DNA from: a secondary endosymbiont of Trabutina mannipara
GTDB taxonomy: Bacteria > Pseudomonadota > Gammaproteobacteria > Enterobacterales > Enterobacteriaceae
NCBI RefSeq assembly: GCF_900090215.1
Contig: NZ_LT594522.1
Span: forward strand, 266,472 to 298,471
Direction: 5' to 3'
Length of the DNA stretch: 32,000 nucleotides
This document shows, piece by piece, positions 1 through 11,462 of this stretch. Positions within the stretch are counted from its first letter, which is position 1; each line of letters begins with the position of its first letter. Below the pieces are notes generated by a model, which had not been told where the DNA came from, searched no databases, and worked only from the letters and a program-made list of their open reading frames with translations. The translations under genes were made by a program, and so were the position numbers.

Positions 1-809
1 ATAAAGAACTAGTGCATAATGTGGCGCTACGTGTAGAAGAAACAGATGATCCTGATACCTTCTGTGTTTCTGGACGCGGAGAGCTACATCTTTCAGTTCT
101 TATTGAAAATATGCGTAGAGAGGGATTTGAAATCGCCGTTTCTCGTCCCAAAGTAATTTTTCGTACCGTAGATGGCGTTAAGCAGGAACCATTTGAATCG
201 TTAATTTTAGACATAGAAGAGCAGCATCAAGGTCAGGTTATGGACTCTATAGGTGTCCGTAAAGGGGTAATATGTGATATGTTGCCTGATAGGAAAGGAC
301 GTGTTCGTTTAAATTATGTAATTCCAAGTAGGGGGCTGCTGGGGTTTCGCACTGATTTTCTAACCATGACTTCTGGTACTGGTTTATTGCACTCTACTTT
401 CAGTCACTACGATAATGTCCTTACAGGAAAAATAGGTCAACGTAAGTATGGAGTGTTGATTTCTAACGGTCAAGGTAAAACAGTAGCTTACGCCTTATAT
501 GGTCTTCAGGATCGCGGTCGTCTTTTTTTAGGTCACGGTGTTGAAGTTTATAAAGGACAGATTATCGGTATTCATAACCGCTCTAATGATTTGACGGTAA
601 ACTGCTTAATGGGTAAAAAACTAACTAATCTACGTGCTTCAGGTACAGATGAAGCTACTAATCTTATACCTCTTATTAAGATGTCTTTGGAGCAAGCAAT
701 AGAATTTGTTGATGATGATGAATTGGTTGAAGTAACTCCGCAATCTATACGCTTGCGTAAGCGTTATCTTACAGAAAATGAACGTAAGCGTGCACATAGA
801 TCAAATTGA
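1..809 (+). CDS. typA: Translational GTPase BipA/TypA, C-terminal part (5' end lies left of the window)
   Basis: The frame of ORF 12..809 stays open back to position 3 ([16 protein letters not shown]...). [31 protein letters not shown] and [19 protein letters not shown] are colinear with the C-terminal ~265 aa of enterobacterial BipA. The 'M' at 12 is an internal GTG (Val). Confidence 0.93.
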   Translation, partial: KELVHNVALRVEETDDPDTFCVSGRGELHLSVLIENMRREGFEIAVSRPKVIFRTVDGVKQEPFESLILDIEEQHQGQVMDSIGVRKGVICDMLPDRKGRVRLNYVIPSRGLLGFRTDFLTMTSGTGLLHSTFSHYDNVLTGKIGQRKYGVLISNGQGKTVAYALYGLQDRGRLFLGHGVEVYKGQIIGIHNRSNDLTVNCLMGKKLTNLRASGTDEATNLIPLIKMSLEQAIEFVDDDELVEVTPQSIRLRKRYLTENERKRAHRSN

Positions 810-822
810 TGGTGATGTTAAA

Positions 823-1197
823 TTACTCTGTTATTTTTTTATCACGATCAACAAATTCTATATATGCCATAGGAGCGTTATCTCCTGTACGAAAACCACA
901 TTTTAGAATTCTAGTATAACCACCAGCTCTAATCTTAAAACGAGGTCCCAGTTCATTAAACAATTTTGTTACAATTACATTATCTCTAATTCTAGAAAAT
1001 GCAAGACGACGATTTGCAACACTGTCATTTTTAGCTATTGTAACTAGCGGTTCTACAAAGCGACGAAGCTCTTTTGCTTTGGGCAAAGTTGTCTTTATTA
1101 TTTCATAATAAACTAAAGAACTAGCCATATTACGAAACATAGCCTTAAGATGACTGCTATTACGGTTTAATTGACGACCAATCTTACGATGGTGCAT
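823..1197 (-). CDS. rplQ: 50S ribosomal protein L17
   Basis: 124 aa. [16 protein letters not shown]...[23 protein letters not shown] matches E. coli L17 over its full length. It is the last gene of the alpha operon. Confidence 0.97.
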   Translation of the reverse strand: MHHRKIGRQLNRNSSHLKAMFRNMASSLVYYEIIKTTLPKAKELRRFVEPLVTIAKNDSVANRRLAFSRIRDNVIVTKLFNELGPRFKIRAGGYTRILKCGFRTGDNAPMAYIEFVDRDKKITE

Positions 1198-1219
1198 TAT
1201 TTTTTATCCATTTTATAAA

Positions 1220-2197
1220 TTAGTTGGAGGCCGGAGGCCAGTTATCAAGACACATTCCTAAAGATAATCCATGTAGAGCCAACACATCTTTAATTTCAGT
1301 AAGAGATTTTTTACCAAGATTAGGTGTTTTTAATAATTCAACTTCAGTACGCTGTACAAGATCACCTATATAGTGAATCGCCTCTGCTTTAAGACAATTA
1401 GCAGAACGTACCGTTAATTCTAAATCGTCAACAGGACGTAGCAGAATGGGATCAAAATCTGTTTTTTCTTCTTTAATTTCTTGATGACGTATATCACGTA
1501 AGTCTACAAAAGCTTCCAATTGTTCTGCTAAAATGGTTGCTGAACGACGAATTGCTTCTTCTGGATCAAGAGTACCGTTTGTTTCTATATCAATAACTAG
1601 TTTATCTAGATCAGTACGATGTTTTACTCTAGCTGCTTCTACATTATAAGAGATACGCTCTATAGGACTATAACATGCGTCTACCATAAGTAACCCGATG
1701 GGCTTGTACTCATCTTTATTAATTCTGGTAGAAGCTGGAACATAACCACGTCCCAATTGAATCTTTATTTGCATATTTATAGATGCATTTTTATCAGTTA
1801 AATGACATAAAATATGCTGTGGGTTAATAATTTCGATATTACTATTGTAAGTAATATCAGCGGCTATTACTGGACCAATACCAGATTTATTTAAATTCAA
1901 TATTACATCATTTTCACCGTTAACTTTTACTGCTAAACATTTTAGATTAAGTAAAATTTCTAGTATGTCTTCCTGTACACCTTCTTTACTGCTGTACTCG
2001 TGTAGTACACCATCCATTTTAACCTCGGTAACGGCATAACCAGGTATTGATGAAAGTAAAATACGACGAAGTGCGTTACCTATAGTATGCCCAAAACCAC
2101 GCTCTAAGGGCTCAAGTGTTACTTTAGCGTGCGTTGAACTTATTTTTTCGATATCTACTAGTCGCGGTTTTAGAAAATCTGTAACCGAATTCTGCAT
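1220..2197 (-). CDS. rpoA: DNA-directed RNA polymerase alpha subunit
   Basis: 325 aa. [17 protein letters not shown]...[20 protein letters not shown]...[44 protein letters not shown] is typical RpoA. Confidence 0.98.
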   Translation of the reverse strand: MQNSVTDFLKPRLVDIEKISSTHAKVTLEPLERGFGHTIGNALRRILLSSIPGYAVTEVKMDGVLHEYSSKEGVQEDILEILLNLKCLAVKVNGENDVILNLNKSGIGPVIAADITYNSNIEIINPQHILCHLTDKNASINMQIKIQLGRGYVPASTRINKDEYKPIGLLMVDACYSPIERISYNVEAARVKHRTDLDKLVIDIETNGTLDPEEAIRRSATILAEQLEAFVDLRDIRHQEIKEEKTDFDPILLRPVDDLELTVRSANCLKAEAIHYIGDLVQRTEVELLKTPNLGKKSLTEIKDVLALHGLSLGMCLDNWPPASN

Positions 2198-2251
2198 TAT
2201 TGTTATGTCCTCTTTTATAAATTTATTAATAAAATAGCTCTATCCTTATCA

Positions 2252-2284
2252 TTAGAATAAAGCTCTATTTAGAATAAAGCTCTA
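2252..2284 (-). repeat. Tandem duplication (16 nt x2, period 17) spanning the rpsD stop codon
   Basis: TTAGAATAAAGCTCTA occurs at 2252-2267 and again at 2269-2284. The upstream (in-gene) copy encodes ...ELYSK. The rpsD TAG stop (2265-2267) lies in the downstream copy. Confidence 0.95.
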
Positions 2285-2885
2285 CGATAAGGTGTTCATT
2301 AATATCCGCTGATAGATCAGTACGTTCTGGATATTTTTTAAATATACCTTCCATTTTATCAAAATTAATTTCAATCCAGGTGGGTTTTTCACGTTGATTA
2401 GATAGTTCCAATGAAGCCATAATACGGGATTGTTTTTTCGCTTTTTCATTTATACTTATAACATCATTTTTAGTAACCTGGTAAGAAGCGATATTTACAA
2501 TCCTACCGTTTACTATAATTGCTTTATGGCTAACCAATTGACGCGACTCAGCACGAGTAGCACCAAATCCTATCCGATAAACAACATTATCAAGACGACT
2601 TTCTAGCAATTGCAACAGATTTTCACCAGTATTACCTTTTCTACGTACTGCTTCTTTATAGTAATTATGAAATTGACGTTCTAGTACGCCGTAAATACGA
2701 CGCACTTTTTGTTTTTCACGTAACTGTATACCATAATCAGATAAACGTATTTTACGCGTGCCATGCTGACCTGGAATTTGTTCAATTTTGCACTTGGAAT
2801 TAATTGCTTGAACACCAGATTTTAAGAATAAATCTGTGTTCTCACGACGGCTAAGCTTAAGTTTAGGACCCAAATATCTTGCCAT
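2265..2885 (-). CDS. rpsD: 30S ribosomal protein S4
   Basis: 206 aa. [24 protein letters not shown]...LIVELYSK matches S4 end to end. The TAG stop lies in the downstream copy of a 16-nt tandem repeat. Confidence 0.97.
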   Translation of the reverse strand: MARYLGPKLKLSRRENTDLFLKSGVQAINSKCKIEQIPGQHGTRKIRLSDYGIQLREKQKVRRIYGVLERQFHNYYKEAVRRKGNTGENLLQLLESRLDNVVYRIGFGATRAESRQLVSHKAIIVNGRIVNIASYQVTKNDVISINEKAKKQSRIMASLELSNQREKPTWIEINFDKMEGIFKKYPERTDLSADINEHLIVELYSK

Positions 2886-2930
2886 TTTTTCTCCAATAAT
2901 AGACGCTACTTAACTTAATAATTAACTCTT

Positions 2931-3320
2931 CTATACACGGCGCTTTTTTGGGGGACGACAACCGTTATGAGGAATTGGAGTAACATCAGTAATGTTAGTA
3001 ATGTGGAAACCAGCTGCATTTAAAGCACGAATAGTAGATTCGCGACCTGGACCTGGACCTTTAATCATTACTTCAAGATTCTTAATACCATATTCTTTTA
3101 CTGCTTCAGTACAACGTTCTGCTGCAACCTGTGAAGCAAAAGGAGTAGATTTCCTAGAACCTCGAAAACCTGAACAACCAGATGTTGCCCAACCTAATGT
3201 ATTCCCCTGACGATCAGTAATAGTTATGATAGTATTATTAAAAGACGCATATATATGCGCTATACCATCTAAAACTTGTTTTTTAATACGATTACGTGTC
3301 TTAGGAGGTATTTTATTCAT
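2931..3320 (-). CDS. rpsK: 30S ribosomal protein S11
   Basis: 129 aa. [22 protein letters not shown]...[16 protein letters not shown] matches S11. Confidence 0.97.
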   Translation of the reverse strand: MNKIPPKTRNRIKKQVLDGIAHIYASFNNTIITITDRQGNTLGWATSGCSGFRGSRKSTPFASQVAAERCTEAVKEYGIKNLEVMIKGPGPGRESTIRALNAAGFHITNITDVTPIPHNGCRPPKKRRV

Positions 3321-3329
3321 TTAATCACC

Positions 3330-3686
3330 TTATTTATTTACTTTTTTACGAGTACCTTTACAGGTACGAGCATTAGTCTTAGTACGCTGACCATGAACAG
3401 GAAGATTACGACGGTGACGTAAACCACGATAAGTATTAAGATCTATAAGTCGCTTGATATTAATAGTTAATTCACGGCGAAGATCTCCTTCTACAACAAA
3501 TTTAGCAACTGCGTCACGCAACTTTTCCAGTTGCTCTTCAGACAAATCATTAATCTTTATATTTTCAGCAATACCTGTAGCAGCACAAATATGTTTTGAA
3601 CAAGATTTTCCAATACCGAAAATTGAAGTTAATGCAATAACAGTATGCTTATTATCAGGAATGTTAATGCCTGCTATACGTACCAT
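3330..3686 (-). CDS. rpsM: 30S ribosomal protein S13
   Basis: The ORF runs 3330..3692, but E. coli S13 begins [10 protein letters not shown]. The third codon, M in [14 protein letters not shown] at 3686, is therefore the likelier start. Confidence 0.95.
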   Translation of the reverse strand: MVRIAGINIPDNKHTVIALTSIFGIGKSCSKHICAATGIAENIKINDLSEEQLEKLRDAVAKFVVEGDLRRELTINIKRLIDLNTYRGLRHRRNLPVHGQRTKTNARTCKGTRKKVNK

Positions 3687-3724
3687 GTGCACTCCTAAGT
3701 TAATATATTTCTTCTTTTTAATTG

Positions 3725-3841
3725 CTATCCTTGACGTTGCTTATGTTTAGGAGCAACACTGCAAATAACGCAAACAACACCGTTACGTTTAATTATTTTA
3801 CAGTTATGACATATTTTTTTGACGGAAGCGCGAACTTTCAT
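3725..3841 (-). CDS. rpmJ: 50S ribosomal protein L36
   Basis: Not in the ORF track because it is too short. Hand translation of the - strand from ATG 3841 gives [38 protein letters not shown] followed by TAG. This is 38 aa, nearly identical to E. coli L36, and sits in the expected position between secY and rpsM. Confidence 0.93.
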   Translation of the reverse strand: MKVRASVKKICHNCKIIKRNGVVCVICSVAPKHKQRQG

Positions 3842-3872
3842 GTTACTCTCCGTAACTTCTTAAATTCAAGAA

Positions 3873-5198
3873 TTATCGATTATAACTTTTTAAAGTTTCT
3901 TTTAAAAATGCATACTCGTACTGAGTAGACATAGTTTGTACTTGGGTCATAAAATCCATGATAACAACAACTACGATCAATAAAGACGTGCCACCGAAAT
4001 AAAATGGAACCTTCATTGCGTTACGCATAAATTCAGGTATTAAGCATATAAAAGTAATATACATAGCACCTACTAGTGTTAGACGATTCATTACCTGATC
4101 TATATATTTTGCTGTTTGTTCTCCAGGACGAATACCAGGTACAAATACTCCTAATTTCTTAAGATTATCTGCTGTTTCTCGAGAATTTAAAACTATTGTT
4201 GTATAAAAATAACATAAAAATATAATTGCCGATGCATATAGTAAGGCATAAAGTGGTTGACCAGGTTGTAAATAAAGAGAGATATTAGTTAGCCATCCAC
4301 AATAGGGACTACCTCCAAACCAGGATACAATAGTAGCTGGAAATAAAATAATACTTGAAGCAAAAATTGCTGGAAGAACTCCAGCCATATTTACTTTTAA
4401 TGGCAAGTGTGTATTTTGATTTAAATAAACACAACGTCCTTGCTGCTGATGCTTTGCGTAATTAACAATAATACGACGCTGACCATGTTCAATGAATATA
4501 ACAAAAAAAGTTACAGCAAAAACTAAAAATGCAACTAAAAGTAAACATAAAAATGGAAAATATCCTTTTATAGTTTGCTTAATAGTATAGCTAATAGCAG
4601 TAGGTAAACCGGCTATAATACCTGTAAATATAATAAGAGATATACCATTACCAATACCACGATCAGTAATTTGTTCACCAAGCCACATAAGGAATATTGT
4701 TCCACAAACTAGACTTAGTATAGCAGTTAAGTAAAAAGAAATTCCTGGAATAATTACTAAAGATTGCATTTCAGGCATATTTGGTAAACCTATTGTAAAA
4801 CTAATTGCTTGAAATATAGCTAATACTAACGCACCATAACGGGCGTATTGGTTTATTTTTTGTATTCCAAATTCACCTTCTTTTTTAATTTCTGAAAGAG
4901 TAGGGTGAATTACAGTTAACAATTGAATAATAATAGACGATGAAATATATGGCATAATTCCTAAAGCAAAAACAGAAGCACGATTAAGTGCACCACCAGA
5001 GAACATGTTAAACATGTCAATAATAGTACTGCGCTGTTGTTCAATTAATTTTGTAAATACAGTACTATTTATTCCAGGTATGGGAATAAAAGAGCCAATA
5101 CGAAAAACAATAAGTGAACCAATAACAAATAAAAATCTACTTTTTAGTTCCTTTATTCCTCTTTTAACATTCCATTCTATTTTTTTATCTTTATCCAT
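3873..5198 (-). CDS. secY: Preprotein translocase subunit SecY
   Basis: 441 aa and multi-[22 protein letters not shown]...[18 protein letters not shown]...[26 protein letters not shown]...[15 protein letters not shown] is colinear with E. coli SecY. Confidence 0.98.
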   Translation of the reverse strand: MDKDKKIEWNVKRGIKELKSRFLFVIGSLIVFRIGSFIPIPGINSTVFTKLIEQQRSTIIDMFNMFSGGALNRASVFALGIMPYISSSIIIQLLTVIHPTLSEIKKEGEFGIQKINQYARYGALVLAIFQAISFTIGLPNMPEMQSLVIIPGISFYLTAILSLVCGTIFLMWLGEQITDRGIGNGISLIIFTGIIAGLPTAISYTIKQTIKGYFPFLCLLLVAFLVFAVTFFVIFIEHGQRRIIVNYAKHQQQGRCVYLNQNTHLPLKVNMAGVLPAIFASSIILFPATIVSWFGGSPYCGWLTNISLYLQPGQPLYALLYASAIIFLCYFYTTIVLNSRETADNLKKLGVFVPGIRPGEQTAKYIDQVMNRLTLVGAMYITFICLIPEFMRNAMKVPFYFGGTSLLIVVVVIMDFMTQVQTMSTQYEYAFLKETLKSYNR

Positions 5199-5200
5199 AC

Positions 5201-5644
5201 TTATTCCTCAAATTTCCCACCTGCAGCTTCGATTGCATAACGTGCACCTTTGCTTATACGAATACCAGCTGTTGTTATTATTGTAACTGCTTTTTTTATT
5301 TTACCTGACAGTATAATTTTGGCGCATTTAGTTTTTATATTAACAATCTTAGCAGATTTTAATACTTTTATATCTACTATGTTACCTTCTATATTTGCTA
5401 AATCAGACAAACTTACTTCTGCTGTAAGTATTGCTTTATGTGAATTAAAGCCAAATTTAGGCAAACGACGGCATAAAGGCATTTGTCCTCCTTCAAATCC
5501 ACGATATATTTTACCTCCAGAACGTGACTTTTGACCTTTATGACCTCGACCGCTGGTTTTTCCTAATCCAGAACCAATACCACGTCCTAAACGTTTAGAT
5601 GCAAATTTAGAACCATCAGCTGGAGAAAGATCATTTAAGCGCAT
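5201..5644 (-). CDS. rplO: 50S ribosomal protein L15
   Basis: 147 aa. [13 protein letters not shown]...[25 protein letters not shown] matches L15. Confidence 0.96.
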   Translation of the reverse strand: MRLNDLSPADGSKFASKRLGRGIGSGLGKTSGRGHKGQKSRSGGKIYRGFEGGQMPLCRRLPKFGFNSHKAILTAEVSLSDLANIEGNIVDIKVLKSAKIVNIKTKCAKIILSGKIKKAVTIITTAGIRISKGARYAIEAAGGKFEE

Positions 5645-5647
5645 ACC

Positions 5648-5830
5648 TCATTCCTCAATTATCCTAACCATATAGGAAATTAAATTAATCATACCTCGTA
5701 TAGCAGTGGTATCTTCACGGACTATAGTATGGCCAATATGACGCAACCCTAACCCCACCAAAGTTGCCTTATGTTTTGGCAAACAACCAATAGAACTACG
5801 AATTTGAATAATTTTTATATTTTTTATCAT
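5648..5830 (-). CDS. rpmD: 50S ribosomal protein L30
   Basis: 60 aa. [37 protein letters not shown] matches L30, in the expected spc operon position. Confidence 0.94.
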   Translation of the reverse strand: MIKNIKIIQIRSSIGCLPKHKATLVGLGLRHIGHTIVREDTTAIRGMINLISYMVRIIEE

Positions 5831-5839
5831 AGTAACAAA

Positions 5840-6340
5840 TTAATTCCTAATTTCTTCAACCAATTTCCCCCTTTTTGCAGCAATAATTTCAGGAGAATTC
5901 ATCTTAATAAGAGCTTCAATAGTTGCACGAATTACGTTTATTGGATTTGTTGAACCATATGCTTTTGCTAGTACATTATGAATTCCTGCAACTTCAAAAA
6001 TTGCACGCATTGCACCACCAGCGATAATACCTGTACCTTTAAATGCTGGCTTCATAAAAACTACAGATCCTGTATATGTACCTTTAATTGGGTGTTGTAA
6101 AGTACCGCTTTTTATTGCAATATTTATCATATTTCGACGTGCTTTTTCTATTGCTTTTTGTATTGCTGATGGAACTTCTCGTGCTTTACCATAACCAAAA
6201 CCTACTCTACCATTACCATTACCAACAACTATCATTGCTGAAAAGCTGAAAATACGTCCACCTTTTACTGTCTTAGATACTCTATTGACTGCAATTAATT
6301 TTTCTTGTAAAAAAACAGATTTTTTTTCAATTTGTGCCAT
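5840..6340 (-). CDS. rpsE: 30S ribosomal protein S5
   Basis: The ORF runs 5840..6349 ([10 protein letters not shown]...). E. coli S5 starts MAHIEKQ, so the M at 6340 is the likelier start. [21 protein letters not shown]...[17 protein letters not shown] matches S5. Confidence 0.95.
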   Translation of the reverse strand: MAQIEKKSVFLQEKLIAVNRVSKTVKGGRIFSFSAMIVVGNGNGRVGFGYGKAREVPSAIQKAIEKARRNMINIAIKSGTLQHPIKGTYTGSVVFMKPAFKGTGIIAGGAMRAIFEVAGIHNVLAKAYGSTNPINVIRATIEALIKMNSPEIIAAKRGKLVEEIRN

Positions 6341-6354
6341 CTTATACATTTACC

Positions 6355-6705
6355 TTAAAATTGGAGTCCAGCTATACGAGCAGCGTTTGCTAGTGCTTGA
6401 ACGCGACCATGATATTTAAATCCAGAACGGTCAAAAGATACTTTTTTAATTCCTTTTTCTAAGGCTCGTATAGCGATAGTTCTACCTATTTCAGAAGCTG
6501 CATATTTATTACCAGTAACATTTATTTCAAGAATATTTTTTTCTACAGTAGAAGCAGCTACTAGTATTTTATAGCTAGTAGGTTCAAAAATATGTGCATA
6601 AATATGGCGTAGTGTACGATGTATAACTAATCTCATTGATCCTAATTTTTTAATTTTACTTTTTGTTCTTATTGAACGACGAATACGAGCTATTTTTTTA
6701 TTCAT
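6355..6705 (-). CDS. rplR: 50S ribosomal protein L18
   Basis: 116 aa. [15 protein letters not shown]...[26 protein letters not shown] matches L18. Confidence 0.96.
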   Translation of the reverse strand: MNKKIARIRRSIRTKSKIKKLGSMRLVIHRTLRHIYAHIFEPTSYKILVAASTVEKNILEINVTGNKYAASEIGRTIAIRALEKGIKKVSFDRSGFKYHGRVQALANAARIAGLQF

Positions 6706-6722
6706 ATTTATTACTCTATGTT

Positions 6723-7256
6723 TTACTTTTTATTTTTTTCTTTGATACGTATAACTTCATCAGCGTAACGAACACCCTTTCCTTTATAAGGTTCAGGACG
6801 ACGATAATTACGTAAATCTGCAGCAACTTGACCAAGAATCTGTTTATTAGATCCTTTAATAATAATCTCATTTTGAGTTGTACATTCTGCAGTAATACCT
6901 TTTGGTAGGTTATAGTTAATAGGATGAGAAAATCCCAGAGATAAATTTACTATATTATCTTTAACTGTAGCGCGATAACCTACTCCTACTAATTGTAATT
7001 TTTTAATAAATCCATAGGTGACACCAATCACCATTCCATTTATTAACGATCGTGTAGTACCTGCAATTGCAGCATATTTTTTGTTATTAATAGTAGGAGC
7101 AAAAGTTAGCTGTTTATTAGCATATTCAATATTTATCATTTCATGAATAGTGTAAATTAGCTCACCATTTTTACCTTTCATGAAAATATCTTTTCCTTTT
7201 ATTTTTACATCTACGCCTGCAGGAATAATAACAGGTGTTTTAGCAACACGAGACAT
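6723..7256 (-). CDS. rplF: 50S ribosomal protein L6
   Basis: 177 aa. [19 protein letters not shown]...[10 protein letters not shown]...[17 protein letters not shown] matches L6. Confidence 0.96.
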   Translation of the reverse strand: MSRVAKTPVIIPAGVDVKIKGKDIFMKGKNGELIYTIHEMINIEYANKQLTFAPTINNKKYAAIAGTTRSLINGMVIGVTYGFIKKLQLVGVGYRATVKDNIVNLSLGFSHPINYNLPKGITAECTTQNEIIIKGSNKQILGQVAADLRNYRRPEPYKGKGVRYADEVIRIKEKNKK

Positions 7257-7266
7257 TTTTTCACCA

Positions 7267-7659
7267 TTATGCTATATAGCAGATAACTTCACCACCAATA
7301 CCAGCCTTGCGTGCAGCACGATCAGTTATTATTCCTAAAGAACTAGAAATTACTGCAACACCCATACCTGCCATTACTTTTGGCAATTTATTTTTTTTAT
7401 TATAGATACGACGACCTGGACGGCTAATACGTTGTATATTTTCTAATACTGGCTTTCCCTTAAAATATTTAAGTATTATTTCTAATTTTAGTTTAGTACT
7501 ACCTAAAACTTTATAATTATCAATAAATCCTTCTTCTTTTAATAAGTTAGCAATTGCTAATTTAACCTTAGAATTAGGTATATAAACTGCAGTTTTCTTA
7601 GCAATTTGACCATTACGAATACGTGTTAGCATATCCGCAATTGGATCTTGCATACTCAT
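7267..7659 (-). CDS. rpsH: 30S ribosomal protein S8
   Basis: 130 aa. [18 protein letters not shown]...GGEVICYIA matches S8. Confidence 0.97.
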   Translation of the reverse strand: MSMQDPIADMLTRIRNGQIAKKTAVYIPNSKVKLAIANLLKEEGFIDNYKVLGSTKLKLEIILKYFKGKPVLENIQRISRPGRRIYNKKNKLPKVMAGMGVAVISSSLGIITDRAARKAGIGGEVICYIA

Positions 7660-7684
7660 CTATTTTAACTCCTATAGTTAATTG

Positions 7685-7990
7685 TTACCAACTAGCTTTT
7701 CTTAAACCGGGAATTTCACCACGCATGGCAGCTTCACGTACTTTAATACGACTTAACCCAAATTTTCTTAAATAAGCGTGAGGACGACCAGTTTGACGAC
7801 ATCTATTACGTTTACGAGAAGGACTAGAATCACGTGGTAAAGTTTGCAACTTAAGAACCGCATTCCAACGTTCTTCATCTGCCACATTTATACTAGAAAT
7901 AATATTTTTAAGTTCAGTACGTTTTTTAAAAAATTTATTAGATAATTTCATCCTTTTTACTTCTCGTGCTTTCATAGATTCTTTAGCCAT
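7685..7990 (-). CDS. rpsN: 30S ribosomal protein S14
   Basis: 101 aa. [13 protein letters not shown]...[51 protein letters not shown] matches S14. Its ATG overlaps the rplE stop by 1 nt (TAATG). Confidence 0.97.
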   Translation of the reverse strand: MAKESMKAREVKRMKLSNKFFKKRTELKNIISSINVADEERWNAVLKLQTLPRDSSPSRKRNRCRQTGRPHAYLRKFGLSRIKVREAAMRGEIPGLRKASW

Positions 7991-8541
7991 TAGTAACTCC
8001 CTTCTTTCCAGAAGGGAAAGTTTAAAGCTGTTAATAAATTACATCCTTCATTATCTGATTTTGCCGTAGTAGTAATAGCAATATCTAATCCACAAACATT
8101 ATCTGCTCTTTCATAAGAAATTTCTGGGAAAATAATATTTTCCTGTACACCAATATTATAATTGCCATTGCCATCAAATGACTTAATAGATAAACCACGA
8201 AAATCACGAATACGTGGTATGGCAATAAAAAGTAATCTTTCTAAAAAATCCCACATACGTTTACCACGTAAAGTTACTTTACATCCAATAGGATATCCCT
8301 TACGGATTTTAAATCCAGCAATAGATTTACGTGCTTTAGTTATAATTGGTTTTTGACCTGAAATTGCTGCTAAATATTCTTTAGCATTATCCAAAAAATT
8401 TTGATTAGAAATTGATTTACCTACGCCCATATTTAAAGTTATCTTATAAAGGTTAGGCACTTGCATAACAGAACTATAATTAAATTTTTTAATTAGTTGA
8501 AAAACTACTTCATTTTTATAGTACTCGTAAAGTTTTGCCAT
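7990..8541 (-). CDS. rplE: 50S ribosomal protein L5
   Basis: 183 aa. [12 protein letters not shown]...ITLNMGVG...[22 protein letters not shown] matches L5. There are about 4 extra C-terminal residues relative to E. coli. Confidence 0.96.
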   Translation of the reverse strand: MAKLYEYYKNEVVFQLIKKFNYSSVMQVPNLYKITLNMGVGKSISNQNFLDNAKEYLAAISGQKPIITKARKSIAGFKIRKGYPIGCKVTLRGKRMWDFLERLLFIAIPRIRDFRGLSIKSFDGNGNYNIGVQENIIFPEISYERADNVCGLDIAITTTAKSDNEGCNLLTALNFPFWKEGSY

Positions 8542-8554
8542 TATCTACTCCTAC

Positions 8555-8863
8555 TTACTTAATAAGTTTACCATTAGATTTGAATATTCTAAATTTATTA
8601 CTATTTTCAATCTTAAATCCGACACGGTCTGCTTTATTAGTAGCTAAATTAAAAATTGCAATATTAGAAAGATCAATTTTAGATTCTTTTTTTAAAATTC
8701 CACCTGAATTATTAGGCATTAGTTTTTTATGTTTTTTAACTAAATTTATACCATTAATAATGCATTTCCCATTAGGGAGGATAGTTTTAATTTTACCTCT
8801 TTTACCTTTATCTTTTCCAGTTATTACGATTACTTCATCATCAATACATATCTTAGCTGCCAT
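8555..8863 (-). CDS. rplX: 50S ribosomal protein L24
   Basis: 102 aa. [25 protein letters not shown] is the KOW motif of L24, in spc operon position. Confidence 0.95.
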   Translation of the reverse strand: MAAKICIDDEVIVITGKDKGKRGKIKTILPNGKCIINGINLVKKHKKLMPNNSGGILKKESKIDLSNIAIFNLATNKADRVGFKIENSNKFRIFKSNGKLIK

Positions 8864-8912
8864 TTTATTCTTCCTTTTAAAGTTCTTTTTTAATAAAGAA
8901 TAAAGAAGATTT

Positions 8913-9284
8913 CTAGATAACTTCAGGTGCTAGAGAAATAATTTTCATAAACTTTTCAGTACGAAGTTCCCTAGTTACTGGTCCAAAAATACGTGTACCA
9001 ATAGGTTGATCATTATTATCGTTCAATAAAACACAAGCATTATCATCAAAACGAATTAAAGAATCGTCAGAGCGACGAATACCCTTCTTAGTACGCACAA
9101 CTACTGCCTTTAAAACATCACCTTTTTTAACTTTTCCACGAAAAATTGCTTCTTTAATAGCAATTTTAATAATATTTCCAATATTGGCATATCTACGATG
9201 CGAACCACCTAGCACTTTGATACACATTACACGACGTGCTCCTGAGTTATCAGCTACAGACAACATAGTTTGTTCTTGGATCAT
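8913..9284 (-). CDS. rplN: 50S ribosomal protein L14
   Basis: 123 aa. [33 protein letters not shown]...[22 protein letters not shown] matches L14. Confidence 0.98.
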   Translation of the reverse strand: MIQEQTMLSVADNSGARRVMCIKVLGGSHRRYANIGNIIKIAIKEAIFRGKVKKGDVLKAVVVRTKKGIRRSDDSLIRFDDNACVLLNDNNDQPIGTRIFGPVTRELRTEKFMKIISLAPEVI

Positions 9285-9329
9285 GTTAATACTCCATTTA
9301 TAACATATAAAATATAGTTAATATATTAC

Positions 9330-9575
9330 TTATAATATAGCTCTTTCTATAACACGAATTAATTTCCAAGATTTAGATTTAGAAATTGGACGACATTCAT
9401 TTATTTCAACAATATCTCCGATATTGCTTTCATTATTCTCATCATGTACATGAAGCTTAGTTGTACGTTTGATAAACTTACCATATATTGGATGTTTTAC
9501 AAACCGTTCAATTATTACAACAATTGATTTTTCCATTTTATTGCTTACTACACGACCTTGCAAAGTATGTATCAT
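9330..9575 (-). CDS. rpsQ: 30S ribosomal protein S17
   Basis: 81 aa. [46 protein letters not shown] matches S17. Confidence 0.96.
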   Translation of the reverse strand: MIHTLQGRVVSNKMEKSIVVIIERFVKHPIYGKFIKRTTKLHVHDENNESNIGDIVEINECRPISKSKSWKLIRVIERAIL

Positions 9576-9589
9576 TCATTAAGTACCCT

Positions 9590-9640
9590 TTAAGTTAATA
9601 ATGTTTTCACACGCGCAATTTTTATGCAAAAGTTGTATAC
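9590..9640 (-). pseudogene. rpmC: Remnant of 50S ribosomal protein L29 gene (3'-terminal ~16 codons only)
   Basis: Only 91 bp separate rplP and rpsQ, whereas an intact rpmC needs about 190 bp. Translating the - strand from 9640 to 9590 gives VYNFCIKIARVKTLLT followed by a stop. This matches the C-terminal ...RRDVARVKTLLNEK of E. coli L29. An in-frame TAA lies immediately upstream (9643..9641) and there is no start codon. Confidence 0.8.
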
Positions 9641-9666
9641 TTATTTTTTTATTTTGTTTATAATTA

Positions 9667-10095
9667 TTAATTGAAAACTTCAGTAGTTTCCATATGTTTT
9701 TTTATAAATATAGTTTTTATTGGTAATTTTGCTGATGCTAAATTGAATGCTTCATGGGCTAATTCTTCTGTAATACCATCTATTTCATACAAAATCTTAC
9801 CAGGCTGAATTAAAGCAACCCAGTATTCTACATTACCTTTACCTTTACCCATACGTACTTCTAGAGGTTTTTTAGTAATTGGTTTGTCTGGAAAAATACG
9901 AATCCATATCCTACCTTGATGCTTAATTTCATGTGTTATAGCACGACGCGCTGCTTCAATTTGACAAGAAGTTAAATAACCACGTCCAATAGCTTTTAAA
10001 CCAAAACTACCGAATTTAATATCCATACTTACTGCTAGTCCCCGATTGTGACCTTTATGCATTTTACGGAATTTTGTACGTTTTGGTTGTAACAT
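9667..10095 (-). CDS. rplP: 50S ribosomal protein L16
   Basis: The ORF starts [16 protein letters not shown] and E. coli L16 starts [11 protein letters not shown], so the second Met (10095) is the likelier start. There is a 7-aa C-terminal extension (ETTEVFN) beyond the conserved terminal ...KKHM. Confidence 0.96.
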   Translation of the reverse strand: MLQPKRTKFRKMHKGHNRGLAVSMDIKFGSFGLKAIGRGYLTSCQIEAARRAITHEIKHQGRIWIRIFPDKPITKKPLEVRMGKGKGNVEYWVALIQPGKILYEIDGITEELAHEAFNLASAKLPIKTIFIKKHMETTEVFN

Positions 10096-10140
10096 CAAAA
10101 ATTCTCCTTGCCTTACTTACCGCTTTATTTACATTAAATT

Positions 10141-10806
10141 TTAATTATTTGTTTTTTTGTGTTCAATAGTATTCATATTACCTAAAATTTCACCTTTAAA
10201 AATCCATACTTTTAATCCTATAACACCATAGATGGTATACGCTTCAGAAGTACTATAATCAATATCTGCTCGCAAAGTATGTAGGGGAACACAACCTTCT
10301 CGATACCATTCAGTACGTGCTATTTCAGATCCTCCTAAACGCCCACTAACTTCAATTTTAATTCCTTTAGCTCCAATACGCATTGCATTCTGTACAGCAC
10401 GTTTCATTACTCTGCGAAACAGAATACGACGTTCTAATTGTGAAGATATACTTTCAGCAACTAATTTAGCATCCATTTCAGGTTTACGTATTTCATTAAT
10501 ATTAATTTGTGCTGGTAATTTAGCGATATGAGATATAATTTTACGTAGTTTTTCAATATCTTCGCCTTTTTTTCCTATTACTAGACCTGGTCTAGCCGTA
10601 TGAATTGTTACCATAATACTATTTGCTGGACGATCTATTACTATACGAGAAATAAAAGAATTCGATAATTCATTAATTAGAAATTTACGAATTTTAAAAT
10701 CGTTATCTAGATTATTAGCAAATTCTTTAGTATTTGCATACCAAGTAGAGTTCCATAATTTAACAATTCCCAGACGAATACCATTTGGGTTGACTTTATG
10801 ACCCAT
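10141..10806 (-). CDS. rpsC: 30S ribosomal protein S3
   Basis: 221 aa. [16 protein letters not shown]...[30 protein letters not shown] matches S3. The basic C-terminal tail is shorter than in E. coli. Confidence 0.97.
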   Translation of the reverse strand: MGHKVNPNGIRLGIVKLWNSTWYANTKEFANNLDNDFKIRKFLINELSNSFISRIVIDRPANSIMVTIHTARPGLVIGKKGEDIEKLRKIISHIAKLPAQININEIRKPEMDAKLVAESISSQLERRILFRRVMKRAVQNAMRIGAKGIKIEVSGRLGGSEIARTEWYREGCVPLHTLRADIDYSTSEAYTIYGVIGLKVWIFKGEILGNMNTIEHKKTNN

Positions 10807-10823
10807 TAATTTACTCCAAAAAA

Positions 10824-11156
10824 TTAAATAGATAAAATTACCGTAATATGATTTTTACGTTTTAAGATACGATCTGCACGACCTTTGGCACGTGGCATAA
10901 TACGTTTAATACTGGGACCAATATCAACAAATATTTTTGCAATTTTTAAATCATCAATATCTTCTACACCATTATTGTGTTCAGCATTAGCAATAGCAGA
11001 TTTTATTGTTTTTTTTATTATACCAGCAGCTTTCTTTTTATTATAAGTTAGTTCTTTTAGAGCTTGCGAAACTTTTTTACCACGAATTAGATTCGCTACT
11101 AATCTAACTTTTTGAGCAGAAGAATTCGCATAGCGATATTGAGCTATAGTTTCCAT
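10824..11156 (-). CDS. rplV: 50S ribosomal protein L22
   Basis: 110 aa. [33 protein letters not shown]...[22 protein letters not shown] matches L22. Confidence 0.97.
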   Translation of the reverse strand: METIAQYRYANSSAQKVRLVANLIRGKKVSQALKELTYNKKKAAGIIKKTIKSAIANAEHNNGVEDIDDLKIAKIFVDIGPSIKRIMPRAKGRADRILKRKNHITVILSI

Positions 11157-11173
11157 CTATTTATTTCCTAAAT

Positions 11174-11452
11174 TTAATTTTTTTTAGTAGTTTTATCTGC
11201 TGCATGACCGCGATAAGTACGAGTGGGCGAAAATTCACCTAATTTGTGACCAACCATTTCATCTACAACAAAAACAGGAACATGCTGTCGTCCATTATGG
11301 ATAGCAATAGTTAAACCTATCATTGCTGGATATATTATTGAACGACGTGACCAAGTGCGAATAGTTTTTTTTTCACCTATTTTAACTGCTTTCTCTATTT
11401 TTTTCAGCAAATGTAAATCAATAAATGGACCTTTTTTGAGAGAACGTGGCAT
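11174..11452 (-). CDS. rpsS: 30S ribosomal protein S19
   Basis: 92 aa. [18 protein letters not shown]...[33 protein letters not shown] matches S19. Confidence 0.98.
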   Translation of the reverse strand: MPRSLKKGPFIDLHLLKKIEKAVKIGEKKTIRTWSRRSIIYPAMIGLTIAIHNGRQHVPVFVVDEMVGHKLGEFSPTRTYRGHAADKTTKKN

Positions 11453-11462
11453 ATTTTATCCT

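Noticed and set aside
8535-8903. A 122-aa + strand ORF antisense to the whole of rplX
   Set aside because: It is a shadow ORF of a highly conserved - strand gene. Its translation is low-complexity (L/I/F/P-rich) with no recognisable family, and no RBS context was seen.
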